From: Phoronis australis
Taxonomy: Eukaryota > Animalia > Phoronida
DNA: 64,000 nucleotides
Reading direction: 5' to 3'
Assembly (NCBI GenBank): GCA_002633005.1
Contig: NMRA01000543.1
Span: 87,188 to 151,187 of the forward strand
Shown here: positions 47,771-61,800 of the stretch, piece by piece
Numbering within the stretch: position 1 is the stretch's first letter
Layout: every line of letters starts with the position of its first letter
Position numbers and translations under genes: made by a program
The notes under the pieces: model-generated
What the model was told of the DNA's origin: nothing
What the model saw: only the letters and a program-made list of their open reading frames with translations
Database searches by the model: none

Positions 47771-50700
47771 GTAGGTGCAGAAGATTCATCAACAGATAGT
47801 CTTAATTCATTTAATTAATGCATTGACAAAACTCGTCTATTCAGTAATGTATGTGTTAGGAAGGCGTTCGATTCAAGTGTGGACTATGCAAAACTTATAT
47901 CTATCTCATTTGGGGTGCTGGTCTGTGAGGTACACACAACAAATGGCTCCGTGGTGCCGTGTGAAGGGGTTTGGACAGAATTTTTCGTTTTGAAGCCGAA
48001 ACCACCCATATATTACTGTTCAAGGAAATCTCGTGCTGTGCGACCTCGCTTGGCTTTCCAGTGTTAAGACAGCATTTTTGATCCACACATTTACGTATAT
48101 TTTTCTATTTTATCATCCCATCTTCATTATGTATGTGTTGAAGTTAGAGCTCACTTGGAAGTATAATCATTATTAATAATAATTAATCAATGCAAATAAA
48201 ATAAAAGAAATAATCTCGAAAGACGGTTCTTGCATCACTGTACGTTTTGGATGGACTGTAGAAATGTGAAGTATGCCTACGATTTACAGTCACTGAAAAT
48301 TATAAACATCATTGTTTATAAGAAATTTTATTTGCTCTTTACTGACTTAACCCATTTGATGTTGAGAGCAAAGCACAATAAAATGGTAATTAGGTAAAGC
48401 CACGAACTGAATGAAAACGTGAGAGATTTTGATTTGCTCTAAGGTAAAAGCGATTAAGTTGAAATGAACGTGAAATGACCTTGGGCTTATTAAGGTTTGG
48501 GCGGTACGCAGCATGCAACATTCAAAACTGGTATAAGCTAATTCGTGACACTCGGATATTAATAACCTCATAAGTTTAAGAAGATATTGTAAATAATAAA
48601 AAATGCTCCTCGCAATTTGACAACTCGCATGATATAGGCCTTTTTAGAAAGTCGTCTTTAATTTCTCGGGTACACGCATTTCGTTTTTACTGTATCACGT
48701 GCTCGCAACTCCAAAGTCCTGAAACAATACGCAAATCAATCAAAATAATCTAAAATGAATAATTACCCAGACTTAATTGTTCGCTTTAATTTTTCTTTTT
48801 TATTATTGGAATTGTAAAGAGCATTGTGGAACAGTGATTATGAACACCAGACAGGTCCTTAAATTTGACAGAGGTAGCATGCATTTTCACGTTTACCGCT
48901 ATGACACTCTACCTTACCAAACTGGTGTACAATAATTAAATTTAAATGTCATGCGCTCGCGAGGTAGGTTGTCATTGAAAAATAAATGTGAAAGCATGAC
49001 TCTATTAAATTCTATGGCGTAATTCATTTGATTCGCTGATTTACAAGCGAATCTCATTTACATTCTGAACGTTTCCGGAGCACATTATCGCACGATCTCG
49101 TGGTAGATATGGAGATTATTAGGGCTTAATGTGTTCAAAGTGACCGGTTGGTTCTGCGAAAGTTGGAATCAAATGGATTTTACTCACATGGAAACTGAGG
49201 CTCTTATGAAAGGTAACAACACTTGAATTTTATCGTAACATCAAAAGTGTTTACTGGAAACATTTTCCATAAAGTTTTTAGGTGACAGTTGTGCAAATTG
49301 ACGATCTTGCTTCGCGAAAACGCCGACTTTTGTGTCGTCCAACTGTAGACCACACTCATATTTTCGCATCTTATTTCACATGCTTTCTGATATAATTTGT
49401 GTTCACCTTATTGGAAATTAAAAAAAAACTTTGTCGTTAAAGATAGTAATTCCTGGAGCTTGTGGTAACAGTGGATTGCGCATCGAGATTTAAAACCCTG
49501 GTCACTTTCCATGACTAAATTATCTATTAATTTAGGCCGCTTGCTAGTTCAAATTTGGTCAAAAATTGCTCTTTGAACTGGAGACGACTTCTATGATCTG
49601 TCGGATCATAGTTGCTTGAGATCAAGCTCTGCGAGTTGGCTTGTCACGGCGTGTCATTTTATGCCCCGAACCGGAGTAACGAGCTGCTAGTTCTTTGCAA
49701 ATCCAGACCTCACCCCAATTATAGTAAGAAACAAGTAGAGACCAATTTCATGGCGATACGTTATGAAAATTGAAAGTTCGCCTCTTGAATGGAACCCATG
49801 CTCGTAACAGCTTTATAAACAATCTGGTTAGATCATGAAGACATTTTTTCATTTTTTTTCAGTAAAAAGGTCATAAAGGGAGTTCCTTCACAAACCAATT
49901 TAATTGAAACCTTTTAAATTAGCCAATAGTGCCTTTTTAGCACGTAATCAAATGTCTTCGAAATTCACTTAGTGTGACGTCACTCTGACGTTCTGGACTC
50001 TGTCAAATAAAATTATAATGTCAATATTAAAAACACTGATAATGATTTGGCTCTCTAAGTCACTAAGCATAATGTGCTAAGCTCGATGCAAAGCACATCG
50101 AAAATTGTTACCTGGTTATGGTTCTGGTCAATCCCAACCCTTCTGAATTCTCCGGGTGTACACAACAGGTGCAACCCTTGTCAGAGACAACACCGATTAA
50201 TCCAAACACATAATTTTGTAAACAATTCAAGCGCTAAACTGCCCCATGGTTATCTTAATCGAAAAAAATCTAAGACCGGCAAAATTTTCGAAAATGTAAT
50301 TCGACTGTGCATTTCTATTCCAACTTGTGGGTCCAAATCGCGTCACAATAGTGGCAACTACGGCAAGATTAAACACGTCATTTTATTTTGAATTTCCGGC
50401 GGTGCACCAACAAAATAGCAACGGCAGTTGAACAGAATGAACTCCACTTTTTAAACTACCAGTAAAATACGCAAATAATCATGTAAAGGAATTTGTTTCA
50501 CCAAATAACACTATTTTAGTGATGTCTGTCGGTCGATGAAACTCTCTGCGTTCCAAGCTGGCAAAAAGGGGAGGGTGTTTCCATCGGTGTTTACATTTGG
50601 TATTGTGGTTAAAGTAGAGTATACGGGTCCCTCTTCAAAATGGTTTCCGAGAACCAGCTTCACTGAATGACGGACATTGCAGTTAGTGCCTCCCGTTCAG

Positions 50701-53700
50701 TAACGCTAGTACCTCACTAAAAAGCAAAACTTCGCGAGATTACGTGATATATTGCCGTGCATTTTAAATAAGAACACGTGACTTTGACTAGGTTTTAGAT
50801 AGGTCCTAGCGTCTACTGAACGCACGCCTGGTTCTCGGCAGCCATTTTGAAGGACCCGTTTACCGCATTTTTATGCCATTGGTTTTTGTTGCTGTGTGGA
50901 AACACCTATAGGCGAAAATTCAAAAATAAGCTTTTCGTCTAGTATGTTCTTGGAGGCAATTTATGAAGGCCCTCCACGCCGCCAATCATTTTTGGCGCGT
51001 GCCATCTCTCAGCGTGTTACCATTCGTGAACTCTGTTGTTATCGCCAGGTCAATACCCACCTGTTCTTCTGACGTAATTCACAGGGAAATTCGTCATTAA
51101 AATACAACGATGAAGGACCTCTGCGATTTTCCAAAAGCTATTTTCCGAAGAATGTGTAAAGTTGTACATTTTAACTACAGGTCAAGGTCGCGTAAACCAA
51201 CTGGGTGGAGTTTTCATCAACGGACGACCACTACCCAACCATATTCGCCTAAAAATTGTCGAGATGGCATCTCAAGGTATTCGTCCGTGTGTCATTAGCC
51301 GCCAGCTACGAGTAAGTCACGGTTGCGTCAGTAAAATACTTCAACGCTACCAAGAAACGGGAAGCATTCGCCCTGGTGTTATTGGCGGTAGCAAACCACG
51401 TGTCACGACCGTGGACGTAGAGAAAAAAATCGAAGACTATAAACAAGAGAACCCGGGGATTTTTAGTTGGGAGATTCGCGATAAACTGTTAGGAGAAGGG
51501 ATTTGTGATGAAAAGAATCTTCCGAGCATCAGCTCGATTAGTCGTCTGCTGCGAAACCAACAGGAAAAGCGACTGTCGGTTGGCGACGGCAGTGATGCAG
51601 AAACGGAGATTGAGACGGAAGATCAATCCGAACAGGAGAACCGTAAGTATCACATATTGTCAGGTTTGTGTCAGAAGTGTATAAAATACTTTTCATAGTT
51701 CTGAACCCCATTTTACTGCTCAGAAGATGTTGAATTACTTCATTTGCAACTTGCTCAGCCTTAATTGATCGGCCTGGCACACAGTGTTCATTTGTTTGTT
51801 TACCCGTTCGGCGATTAATTTGCATTGACTTGTCATCGCTGAAAACGGAATTTCAAATGGCCATGCCACGTATTCGTCGGCTATTTCGGGAACGCTGTTT
51901 CCGCAGACTGTTGGCGTGGTTTGATCAAGTTTACTAAAACACCACATGATATTAGCATGTTTCTCTGAGTACTCAGTGCTCCATTTAAAATTCTGCACCG
52001 GCGTTTGATTACTCAATGAAAGTTGTCGTAAACGTGGTGCATAAAACCAAAAAAGTGTTACCTGGTCAAAGATATTTTCGGTATTGGTTTTACACACAGC
52101 AGTTAGTAGAATGCATTTTTGAAGATTGTTTTATTCAGAGAATTATTTTTAAGAAATCAATTAACTGTGCAAAGTGCGCATGATTACTCTACTATTGCGT
52201 GATTTTGCGCTCCGATAGGTTGTGGTGATTTAACAACAATAACAACAGCATCATCAATATTGATTATAATCTCACCAAATCCCCATAAATTTTCAATATT
52301 TGAACGCTAATCATTGTATTATCATAAAATTATTTTTAACGTACAGAAAATTTCTTCAAGAGAACAATGTGTACGACCGCTTTGACACATAAACCAAGGT
52401 ATAAAGAAAGGATGGATTGGGCAAAAATTGATTGTTCGGGTTTCTGTTAGTAATTTAGTGTTATTTTTCGCTTTTTGGAGTGAACCCTGCAATTATGGGA
52501 CAACCACCCAGGACGCAGAATCTGACAGAAATGATGGATGCCATGCAGTTCAATCAATTTAAAGACGATTAAATTCAACACATCATTTTTATCTCATTGA
52601 GATTGTTTGTTTGCTACCAGGAATTTCAGGTAGAGCGCCTTGTGCCCGGTTGCATGAAACAGTCCCAAATGCGAACTCAATTAAGTTTCGTAAATCTACT
52701 GGTATTTGTGGGCTTCTGAAAACAGGCCTTTCTTATACTGGGTCAGTTTTTGGCTTTGATACAAATCGAAAGTGGACTCTACGTTGATTTCATAATCTTA
52801 TTGAAAATAAGCAGGAGTCTTTTCATGCAACGCTCCAAATTTAGGAACTAATTCCTTACTTGACTGAATTTAGAGTTCAGTTCTTAGTTATATTATTAGA
52901 AAATGCCATTGGTCAAAGAGGAACTCATAACTAGATATAATTATAGAAAAATATCACATCTGTGAGTAAAGAACGAAACAAATACGTAAAAGATTTGGGG
53001 AACTTAGTTGAGTCCCTGTCTGAAACTGTTTCATGCAGTCGGGCACTGGATGCTTTTTCGAAAACAAGTTTCTTTAAGTGGCTCAACTTGCAATCCTGTT
53101 GGTGTAACCTGGTGTCTTTGAAATGACCTGCCTTGTTCTAGGGTAACTTGCCCCAGCGCAAGTCGCAGCTGTGCGCTTGCTCAGTTACACACACATAAGG
53201 ATGTCTAATCATTTTGCGTCATATTTTTCGCAAGGTGAAGGTTATGTAGTGTGGACTCTGGGCTAAATGGGGACAAGTTGTTTTAGGGTAACTTGTACGG
53301 TGGGCACGGCTCTAATAACATAGTGGTGAATATAAGCCATACACACTCACTGCACGAAGGGATTTTAACACATGCCCGTATTTTACTCAAGCATGTCCTC
53401 TCTTGTAAGATCTAAAACACTACGTCCGTTTACACACGTTTTGACGCCATCATGACGTTTTAGACTCAGTGTGATGGCATGTTTATTCTTATTTCCGGGT
53501 CCAAATTGCGTCATTTACAGCCTTGACACGTCATCACTAAACATCGGAATTCTTGTGGTAGTTGCAATGCTCAATGACAACACTTAATGAAACTGCCTTT
53601 GTGACACTCACGTCAACAGAACAGAGGTAGGCCTATTACTCGCAACAACCGTGCGATGATAAACATTGTCAATTTCTTAAAAAAATTTTGTTGACAAATC

Positions 53701-56700
53701 TGTTAAACGCCAACCAGCCTGTGAAAGAACTTTAACCACCATAAAATAAAGGAAACCGTTAGGGAAGTCAAAACAGTTGCCACTGGGTTTTGCCTTCTGA
53801 ACACACTCAATGGACTTGTCACCTTTTCTCCACTCTGTCTAAAACCGAATGCAACGAATGAAGTTTTGAGTCATTTTACACCAAAATCCCGATAATTGTC
53901 GGATATCTGGGTCCCTTGGGTATTTTTTTGAGTTGGAAGGAACTGAAAGATATCAACGACCTCCCGATGCACAAAAGGTACTTAAGCAACACGAACGTTT
54001 AGGGTTTAATCAGTGTGAGTCAAAATTCGCGGAAAAGCTTCCAGCGTATGGAGGGCCACGGTCTCTAATGCCAGTTGAGACGGTGGTACTATAATGCAGA
54101 ACGATGAAAAACAACAGGGGGCCGCCATATTGAAGAAAAGTGCACTTACAGCCGAACAAGTGGTATTTTCTGATTCGCACCTGGTTCACAGTTACTAACA
54201 TACCAGATTCACTTAGCCTACACGCAACGCCTTCGTCAGCAGCACCCCAAATCCAGCTTACCCTTAGAATTTATTTTCGCAGTTCAAATTGGCGGCGACT
54301 GCAGCCTAACGGCCGCGGCTGCAACCCAGCTGTTCAGTGCCACCTAGCACCCACTCATTGAATACAAATTACTTATTAAATGTTAGGTACTCGATTGCAT
54401 CCCACAAACAAATACCCATTTAGGGACCCACGCTCAGGGACATGAAAATGTTAAACATTTTCAACCAACCCCGCGCTTGTCCACAGGCAGACATTGCATT
54501 TTGTCATTCAAAAACGTGACGCTTATCCAGAGATCTCCTACAGTAGAATGATCCCTGGTGTATCCCACAACTTCGTCGGGGTATGGGCAGAAATTTCAAA
54601 AGAAACGTGTACTTATTCTGGTTTTGGTCGTACGCATGAGCTTATTAGCGTGTGTTGCTTCATTGTGTTTCCTGCAGAACTTGTGTTTGGGGTCGTTACC
54701 GTTCTATACGGTATGTACCCACCTCTCTCTCTCGAGAGAGAGAGAGAGAGAGAAAGTTTCAAACATTTTTATTACCTACTAGGTCAAAACTAGCGTGTAC
54801 ACGAGACGTGTTGCCTTACAAGCATCGATCATGAATTTCAAATAGATCCGTTGCCTTTACCTACGTGAGTGAATTGGGTAGAAAATTATGATATCCCTCA
54901 CGCACAATGTCACGGTGTCTTTTTACAAATACCTTTATGTCCACCACCGTCGCTCAAATTAGAATGGGAGTGAGAAAATTGTTTTAACCGAAACTTCAAA
55001 CCTCTCTCATTGACAAGCGTTTATGATGGATTCGCGGTCATGAATAGAAAGTCTTTAAAGTTTTTATTGTCGTGTAACTGATCTCACGCGTTATCCGATT
55101 TATCAATGCTTTGAGAAATTGAATTTAAATGGCAATTTTCTAATTGTAGTCATTCGATTCTGGCCCTTATTTAGCAAGAGCGTCCTCTCGAGACATCGAG
55201 AAGGGAGCTTAAATCGGACACCGTGACAGTTTCAATTGAAAAGAACAAGCGTCTTTGGAATTCATATTTTCACCGTAATCCCAGAATTATACATAAAAGG
55301 CGCATAGCAATTCTCCAGACCGTGGTGAGGTTAAACACATGAGAAATTAGAACTAGAGTGATTTGAAACGGTAGTTGGGACGAACAGGCTGCCGCGAATT
55401 CTCTGGTAATTCTTACGAACTTCTATAGTCGCGTGTATTTTAGAGCGTTTTAGAATGTTGAACGTTGATCGTAATAGTTGTTATGTAATGCGTTAAAGTT
55501 GTGATTTCGTTTGCACGGCGAAAATTCGCGGTAGTTTTACCATTTGTCGGTGGTCTTTTAATACGACACCAGTAAGTACGATGAATAATGATGACGTATT
55601 GAGGTGATCGGTTTCGCATTTTAGCCGGCGTTTTAAGAGGTTTAAATCTGCTAGCTGTATTAATTTCTTTGTCATATTAAATTTGCTTAATCAAAATGAT
55701 TGCTCCTATCGCTTACTGCCGCGGGCTGAGTTTGGTTGTCATCGGGTGATATGGCGGTTATAAATGTTCACCTCGTGCGACATGTAGAGAAAGTGTCGAG
55801 GCTGCGTTGGAATTATTCGAATTCCCCTTCGCATCATTTTAAAGGGAAAGAGTCGTATTTACTTCCGAAAAAACAGTGCATTTTTGGGAACTGTTGTATA
55901 ATTGGGTAGACTTTTTGAAGTTATTAGGTCTGACCTGAGCAATAAAACAATAAAACCCGCTGATTTTTTGTATTTTTTTACAAATTGCCCAGGCCAATTC
56001 TCGCCGACGTCTGACAGACATTCGCTAAAAACAAAGCCCATTGACCTGACCAGTTAAATACGCTTACTATATACTGTCATTTATTTCAAAACGACTGGCT
56101 GCGACTGCAAAGGTTCCAGGCTCTACTCCGCGATAATGCCAATTTCAGAAAATCGCTTTTCTCGCCGATAATGCCACTGTAACATCACAGAAATTGTACT
56201 TACGAAAGGCAACATCGAATCTTGCTCCATCGCTTACGTCACTAAAAACACTACGCGCGCATTGGCGCGCATGTGCTATAGTAAAGTTGCTGGATGCTGT
56301 TTGGTGTGCAAGGCGGCTAACATTCGAATTAAACCGAATTTTTCGTATGCACCGAAGTAAATTTTGATCTGTGACCCGGATACAAAAAATACTAAATCCT
56401 TGCATTCTCTAACAATAGTCGTGAGAAAGTTTCACCAGCGGTCTCCGAAAATATGACCCGCGATTATTGTTAGAAAACCAAGACCACACGGCTTTGGGGG
56501 TCTTTGTACCCCCTCCCCCATCGAAGATCAGGTTTCACATCGGTGTGTGAAATACATAACAGAAAATGGATTGATTTGAACCTCTGTAACGTATTTGACA
56601 AGCTCGGATTCATTAATTATAGTTGATACAAAGTGTATAAATGACTGTTCTGCTTGTGATATATTTTGATATATATTTGCATCTTAGAAATAAATCCCGA

Positions 56701-58890
56701 TGAGAACAGCAGCTCCGACGTATGGAACGTGAAGCCTAAACAGAGGCGGAGCAGAACCACGTTTACTTCGGCCCAGCTAGAGGTCCTTGAGAAGGCTTTC
56801 GAGCGAACACATTATCCTGATATCTATGCACGAGAGGAGCTTGCGCAGAGGGCGAAACTCACCGAGGCCCGTGTTCAGGTATACCAAAACTCGAACAAAA
56901 ATCGTTGTTTTTTGATGTAGCGGCGATCTGTTGAAATAGGCCGGGCGCTAGATGGGGGATAATGTCTTTCTTATTTATTAAAGGTTCGTCATCTGTTGCA
57001 CGTACCTCATAGGCCTACATGTACCACCAGATTCAGGGTAGGAAAATACACAAGCACGAAGACGAAAAGTTACCAAGTTAAAATTTAGAGCTCAATTAGA
57101 TAGCAGATTTTGTGTTATGCCGGAATTTCAGAATGAATTTCACGGCCCTTCAAAAATTGTAACATATAATTTATGTAATGGATAAACGTGGTTCAGGATT
57201 GTAATTGGCTTAGACACACGGGTTTCCAACTGCTGATTTCGGTAAAATTGAATAATCAATTTCCTCTTGTTTTGTTTTTACGACATTTTGTTTTCGGGTT
57301 AGCAGTTTTCTGTCCCTAGATACATTGGTCTATATAGTTTTTCATAATAATATGAGCAGCAACCACGCCCTTCTCTCGAAAATGAACATCAGGCGAATTT
57401 CGTGGCTAGATATTCCGAATCGTCTAAGAAGATATAAAAGTGGGAGGTAAAATTAAAAGTGGGTGCGTTTCAGACAAATTCTTTGCCACTTGAGCAGGCC
57501 TCTGTAACAAAAACCACAAACAGTTGTCTTCTCTTGCAGGTATGGTTCAGCAACCGACGCGCACGTTGGAGAAAGGCAGTGGGAAGCGGTCAACTTACAG
57601 CAACTTTTAACCTCGTGCCGACATCCACCCCTCAAACTCCTTGCGCCCCCTATTTGATGAGCTCTGAAACCACATTTGGTCTCGGAGGTAAATATACATC
57701 AGCGGTGTAGTGGGCGCAGTATGCTTAAATCAATCACTGCACTGTGTGATTTTTAAAAACATCTTCTCACGCGCAAAATGACCTAAGGTATATATATCAA
57801 ACAGTCAAGAATTTTCGCCGTTCATTTTTTATACCAGGCGCATTTTAACAAATATCCAATCGATCATGTGTCGAGTTGTAGTGAGTCCCTGTCATAGGCC
57901 TATGGTCCTATGTTATGTGTGTTCATTATACCTTTAAATTTATGTGTCCTGATTGAAAGGACTTGGGGTGTATACAAGTCTCATTACCGGCACCGTTGGC
58001 AACAACGAGGCGATCGGGGGGGGGGGGGGGGGGATGAATAGGAGTNNNNNNNNGGAGGGGGGGGGGGGGGGGGGGGGGGAGAGGATGAATAGGAGTATGA
58101 ATTTGTGATGACGGCGGAAAGAGTTGGCCGCTGGAGATTTTGAATTATTTTGGCGACAATTTAATCTTCTGAGATCCAATATTACGAGATTTTCCGAACA
58201 TATCTTGAAGCACAGTGTTTGACGATAGTAAAATGAAAAGCGAGAGCTATTAGTGAACTTTAACCCTTCATCTTTTACTTTATTCTTCCAGAGAGGTTTT
58301 GGTCTCCGTCTCAACATTCCGCCTTCTCCGCACCTGTCCCGTCGTTTCCACAGTCACGTGTTTACCACCCATCCAACCACGTCGACCTCTACTTCAGAAA
58401 ACCCATGGCGTCCACGTCCTCTCCGGTATGTAGACTCAGAGTGTTGTTGTCAGCTTGGCAAAAATAACCCGTTCAGTTTTAGCACGCTGTGGTAGTGATG
58501 TGTAGCATTGATGGAAGGTGCTAGCACCAACGGTTTCTATGCACTGTCGCTTCAATAAAAGGCTTCATGTCCACTTTCGCAAAAAATTACTCATCATGGC
58601 TGCATCTGAACGCCAAGAAAAAAAAAACGAACAGCCTATATCGAAAACTGTCGATCAGGAATCCTCTTGCATGTCTCACGTTAAATTTTCTACGTCAGCT
58701 TAGTAACATTGAAATCTTTTATATGGAATATTGCAGACTATATTTCTTTCAGTTACCAGGCTATCCATCTTTCTCGTCAATGGCGTGTACTCCATCAACA
58801 ATAGATGGCGCAGCATCTGGCGGCCTGAAGTTTGCGGGTATACCCACTTTTGGCTCAAAGACACCGAGTTGCTTGACCGGGTCTTTGTAA
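47668..58890 (+). CDS. Pax3/7: Paired-box plus homeodomain transcription factor Pax3/7. Exons: 47668-47770, 51181-51642, 56688-56878, 57540-57687, 58292-58425, 58753-58890
   Basis: [50 protein letters not shown]; homeodomain [31 protein letters not shown]|[12 protein letters not shown] (Ser50); all phases consistent (1,1,0,1,0). Confidence 0.92.
50688..50830 (-). mobile_element. Copy of the 26445 dispersed repeat in Pax3/7 intron 1
   Basis: Reverse complement of 26445-26600. Confidence 0.75.
51181..51642 (+). CDS. Pax3/7: Pax3/7 paired-domain exon
   Basis: ORF 51162..51698; actacag acceptor and gtaagt donor. Confidence 0.97.
52642..53046. mobile_element. MITE with about 22-bp TIRs (PIF/Harbinger-like) in Pax3/7 intron 2
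   Basis: gtgcccggttgcatgaaacagt ... actgtttcatgcagtcgggcac. Confidence 0.7.
54723..54753. repeat. (CT)n(GA)n microsatellite, self-complementary
   Basis: ctctctctctcgagagagagagagagagag. Confidence 0.85.
56688..56878 (+). CDS. Pax3/7: Pax3/7 homeobox exon 1
   Basis: ORF 56666..56920; intron at the classic PRD-class position after Q46. Confidence 0.95.
57540..57687 (+). CDS. Pax3/7: Pax3/7 homeobox exon 2
   Basis: [12 protein letters not shown]; ttgcag acceptor and gtaaat donor. Confidence 0.93.
58016..58096. other. Assembly gap between poly-G tracts with a duplicated flank
   Basis: (G)n gatgaataggagt NNNNNNNN (G)n gatgaataggagt. Confidence 0.85.
58292..58425 (+). CDS. Pax3/7: Pax3/7 Pro/Ser-rich exon ([21 protein letters not shown]..)
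   Basis: Strong polypyrimidine acceptor and gtatgt donor; open in phase 1-0. Confidence 0.7.
58753..58890 (+). CDS. Pax3/7: Pax3/7 terminal exon ([14 protein letters not shown]...GSL*)
   Basis: tttctttcag acceptor, phase 0, stop at 58888-58890. Confidence 0.65.
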   Translation, partial: LPGYPSFSSMACTPSTIDGAASGGLKFAGIPTFGSKTPSCLTGSL

Positions 58891-61800
58891 AAGACTAGAT
58901 TACCAACAAGGGGTATCCAGCATTCTAAAATGGCGAAACTCAATAATGCAGCACACGTTGAGCAAGGGCTACATTGGAAGACTGGATTTGAACCTGCAGC
59001 CTGAGAGCGCGGCAAATTCAATTTATATGAATTTGTGTTTATCAATTGCTTAAAGGATACACGACATACAAGCAACGAATCCTTCAGGGAGCATTGAAAA
59101 AACCTTGGGGAATATGCGGAGTGATTTTCTGTGGTTAATTCAGTGTGTGTGTCTTACAACTTATAGAGCAAGCTCTCCCAGCTCGACGTCATATGGACAT
59201 TTTTACGAGCGATTCAAAGGAGGCTGCCATTCTAGAGCTACCACTCAATAGTTACCTGAGTTATCTCCCTTGAGGTGCTGAAATGCTCAGCGGTTTCCCA
59301 ATAGTGTTTAACACTGGTGAAAAGGGAAATAATTCTGCTGCAGATAGCGAATGGGATAGTCTATAGTATGGTTATTGGAAGGAACTTGTTTGTTATCGCC
59401 AGGAGCTTTCAATTGGGAATGACATGGTCATCTTTCCAAACGAAGGGAACGAATATTAGATAAATTATAGTCAGTGCTAGTCAATGTACAGTTTACAAGA
59501 TTTCTGTCACTGGTGTGTCACTGGTGACTAAGGATGTCGTGATTGAAAACTGTGCGCAACAGGCCATGTCGTGAGCTGCGAGGACAGAAACCACTATTTA
59601 TTACAGATTCGTTCAGTACATATAGATAGGCCAATACATGTAGCGGCAATCAAGGGCTAGAGAGAAGTCATCACCAAAAGTAGACGTATGCGCAGCTTAT
59701 AATTTTGTTCATGGTGATGCGCCCTCTTTATTGGTTCGCACGAAATTTAAAATTCTCTTTGTTTTCCCCTCTATTTATTTGACACTTGAAATATCGCATT
59801 AGCGTACTTAACGTTTCTCTCAGATTTAGATTTAGTTCGTCTTCCTTTGTCCATGTTGAAGAACTTTTGTAAATACAAGCGATTTCGTTACATTGGATTG
59901 CCCTCGTTTCCATAAACTGTCACCCGAAACGGCCGAAGTCGCCCAATCGACATCACTTGGTTTCGCTTCCCTGCTATAGATGTCTCTGTGTACGCGTTGT
60001 CCGCTTTTGTGCGATATTTTTGCCACAAGATTTCGTTTGATGATATTGTTGTATACGCTCGCATTAACTTGGAGACGAACTGCGTAACTGGGACAGCTGG
60101 GTGTACCTAAAATACAGTACGTAATCCATGTTATCAAGCGATTCTCAAGATACGTAGCCTGTATTTTGTTTCATCTATCGTTGTTCAAATCCTAGTGAAC
60201 AATATTTTAAAACAGTTTTACAGTAACATTTCACAGTTTCACAATAGCAAGTAAAAAAATAAAAACGCCCAGGAAAAAGGTTTGCGGCTTAGAAATCGTT
60301 TTTGCGAAAACACTATTAGGACACAGTTAAAGCGGCCGACACCGACCGTGTTCCGTTAAGAATCAAGCTTTTGATTCAGACCACAAGTTTCCGCTACAAA
60401 ACTGATCTCGACTCAAAATGAGATTGTTTCGGGATTCGGAAAAACTACAGTTAACTATTGCTCGGCGCCTAAAATAGCCCACCATTTACGGGTAGTCTTG
60501 TCCAAAAAGCATCTGTAATTTGACTAAGCAACAACTTAAGACCAATTTCCAAACGGTAAGTAATAAAAATCACAAGTAACTTTTTTGCTTACGAAGGCAG
60601 GTATCTGCCGCTTTAATGTATTAATTTTCAAACAAAAATCCCGTTGTATCAAAAATAATACCCAGTTTATTTGCAGTAAAATCAAGTTTAGAAGAGTCCC
60701 GTATTTCACGACAAGACCAAAAACAAAAAACATCTGCGAGGAAGTTATCTTTCGAACACTGTTGCATATCCACACCTCCCACCAATACACATTACGTTTT
60801 TGAAAACGTAGTTTTGGCTCAGCATACGAGAAATGGATGCGACTTGTCTGACTGTACACGTCACTGACTAGTCTGGACAACACTACATTTGCAGCATTTC
60901 TTGCGAAATAATAAAATAATACATACTTACCAATACTGTTGGTGTTTAAGATTTCAAAACTGTTTACAACGACATTTTTCTCGTTCAGTGCCGTCTGCAT
61001 CAACTCTGTGAGAAGTTCGTAAGTGATTAGGTTAGTGACATCTTGATCCTGATTGGTCGGTAGTGACGAGACGATCCGTGGCGGCAACATACTGCGGAAT
61101 AATACAAGTTGTTTGTAAGATGGGAATGCTCTCAAAATACGTACGAACCCGTTCACATGTCTTATTTTATAACCCGAAAACAAGTGTTAATTGCGTTGTC
61201 TAACTTTTTTCAAATGTTCCTTGTATAAGAGAAGTAAACTATTTTAAGAAATATAAAAACTTCGGTTTGTTTTTTAACTAGATTTCTTCATTAATAGGTT
61301 CCCTATTTTTACCATATGTTGTTGATTGAAGATTTCTAATTTTGTTGCTTTTAGTTTTGTTATAGCTATATTCTAAGTACGATATTTGAAACAAAAGGTC
61401 GCTAATTAAAAAAGTCTGGACAACGGCGAAGTTTGCGCTGCGTTTAAGAATTTCAGTTATGCCCAAGGAAACATGCCGAAAGTGATTGTAGACCTACATC
61501 TTAGTATACACGATTTTTAAATAGTTGCATTCCATTTATCTGCTAAATTAATCCGATTCGTTTCGTGGTACGTATATGAGCGTTGTTTTGGTAACATGAC
61601 TATTGCCTTGGGGCATTCCGTTTCGCACTAATGCGAGTGTCGAATGTTTTGATTTAGCTTTGGGGTTCCCACAAAAAGTCGAGTCGTGAAATAAGATATT
61701 TTTTCGTATTTTCAATTTCTATTAAGGAGTGGTTCTCAAATACGTTATTTTTTTTGGATTAATAAACAGTTCCATTCTTATCCCATTTTGCTGCAATTAA

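Noticed and set aside
57940-58317. Poly-proline ORF
   Set aside because: Arises from poly-G tracts around an assembly gap, antisense to a Pax3/7 intron
60536-61183. 215-aa minus-strand ORF
   Set aside because: Non-ATG start, no recognisable motif and AT-rich codon composition; the region looks like non-autonomous transposon interior, though I could not define termini
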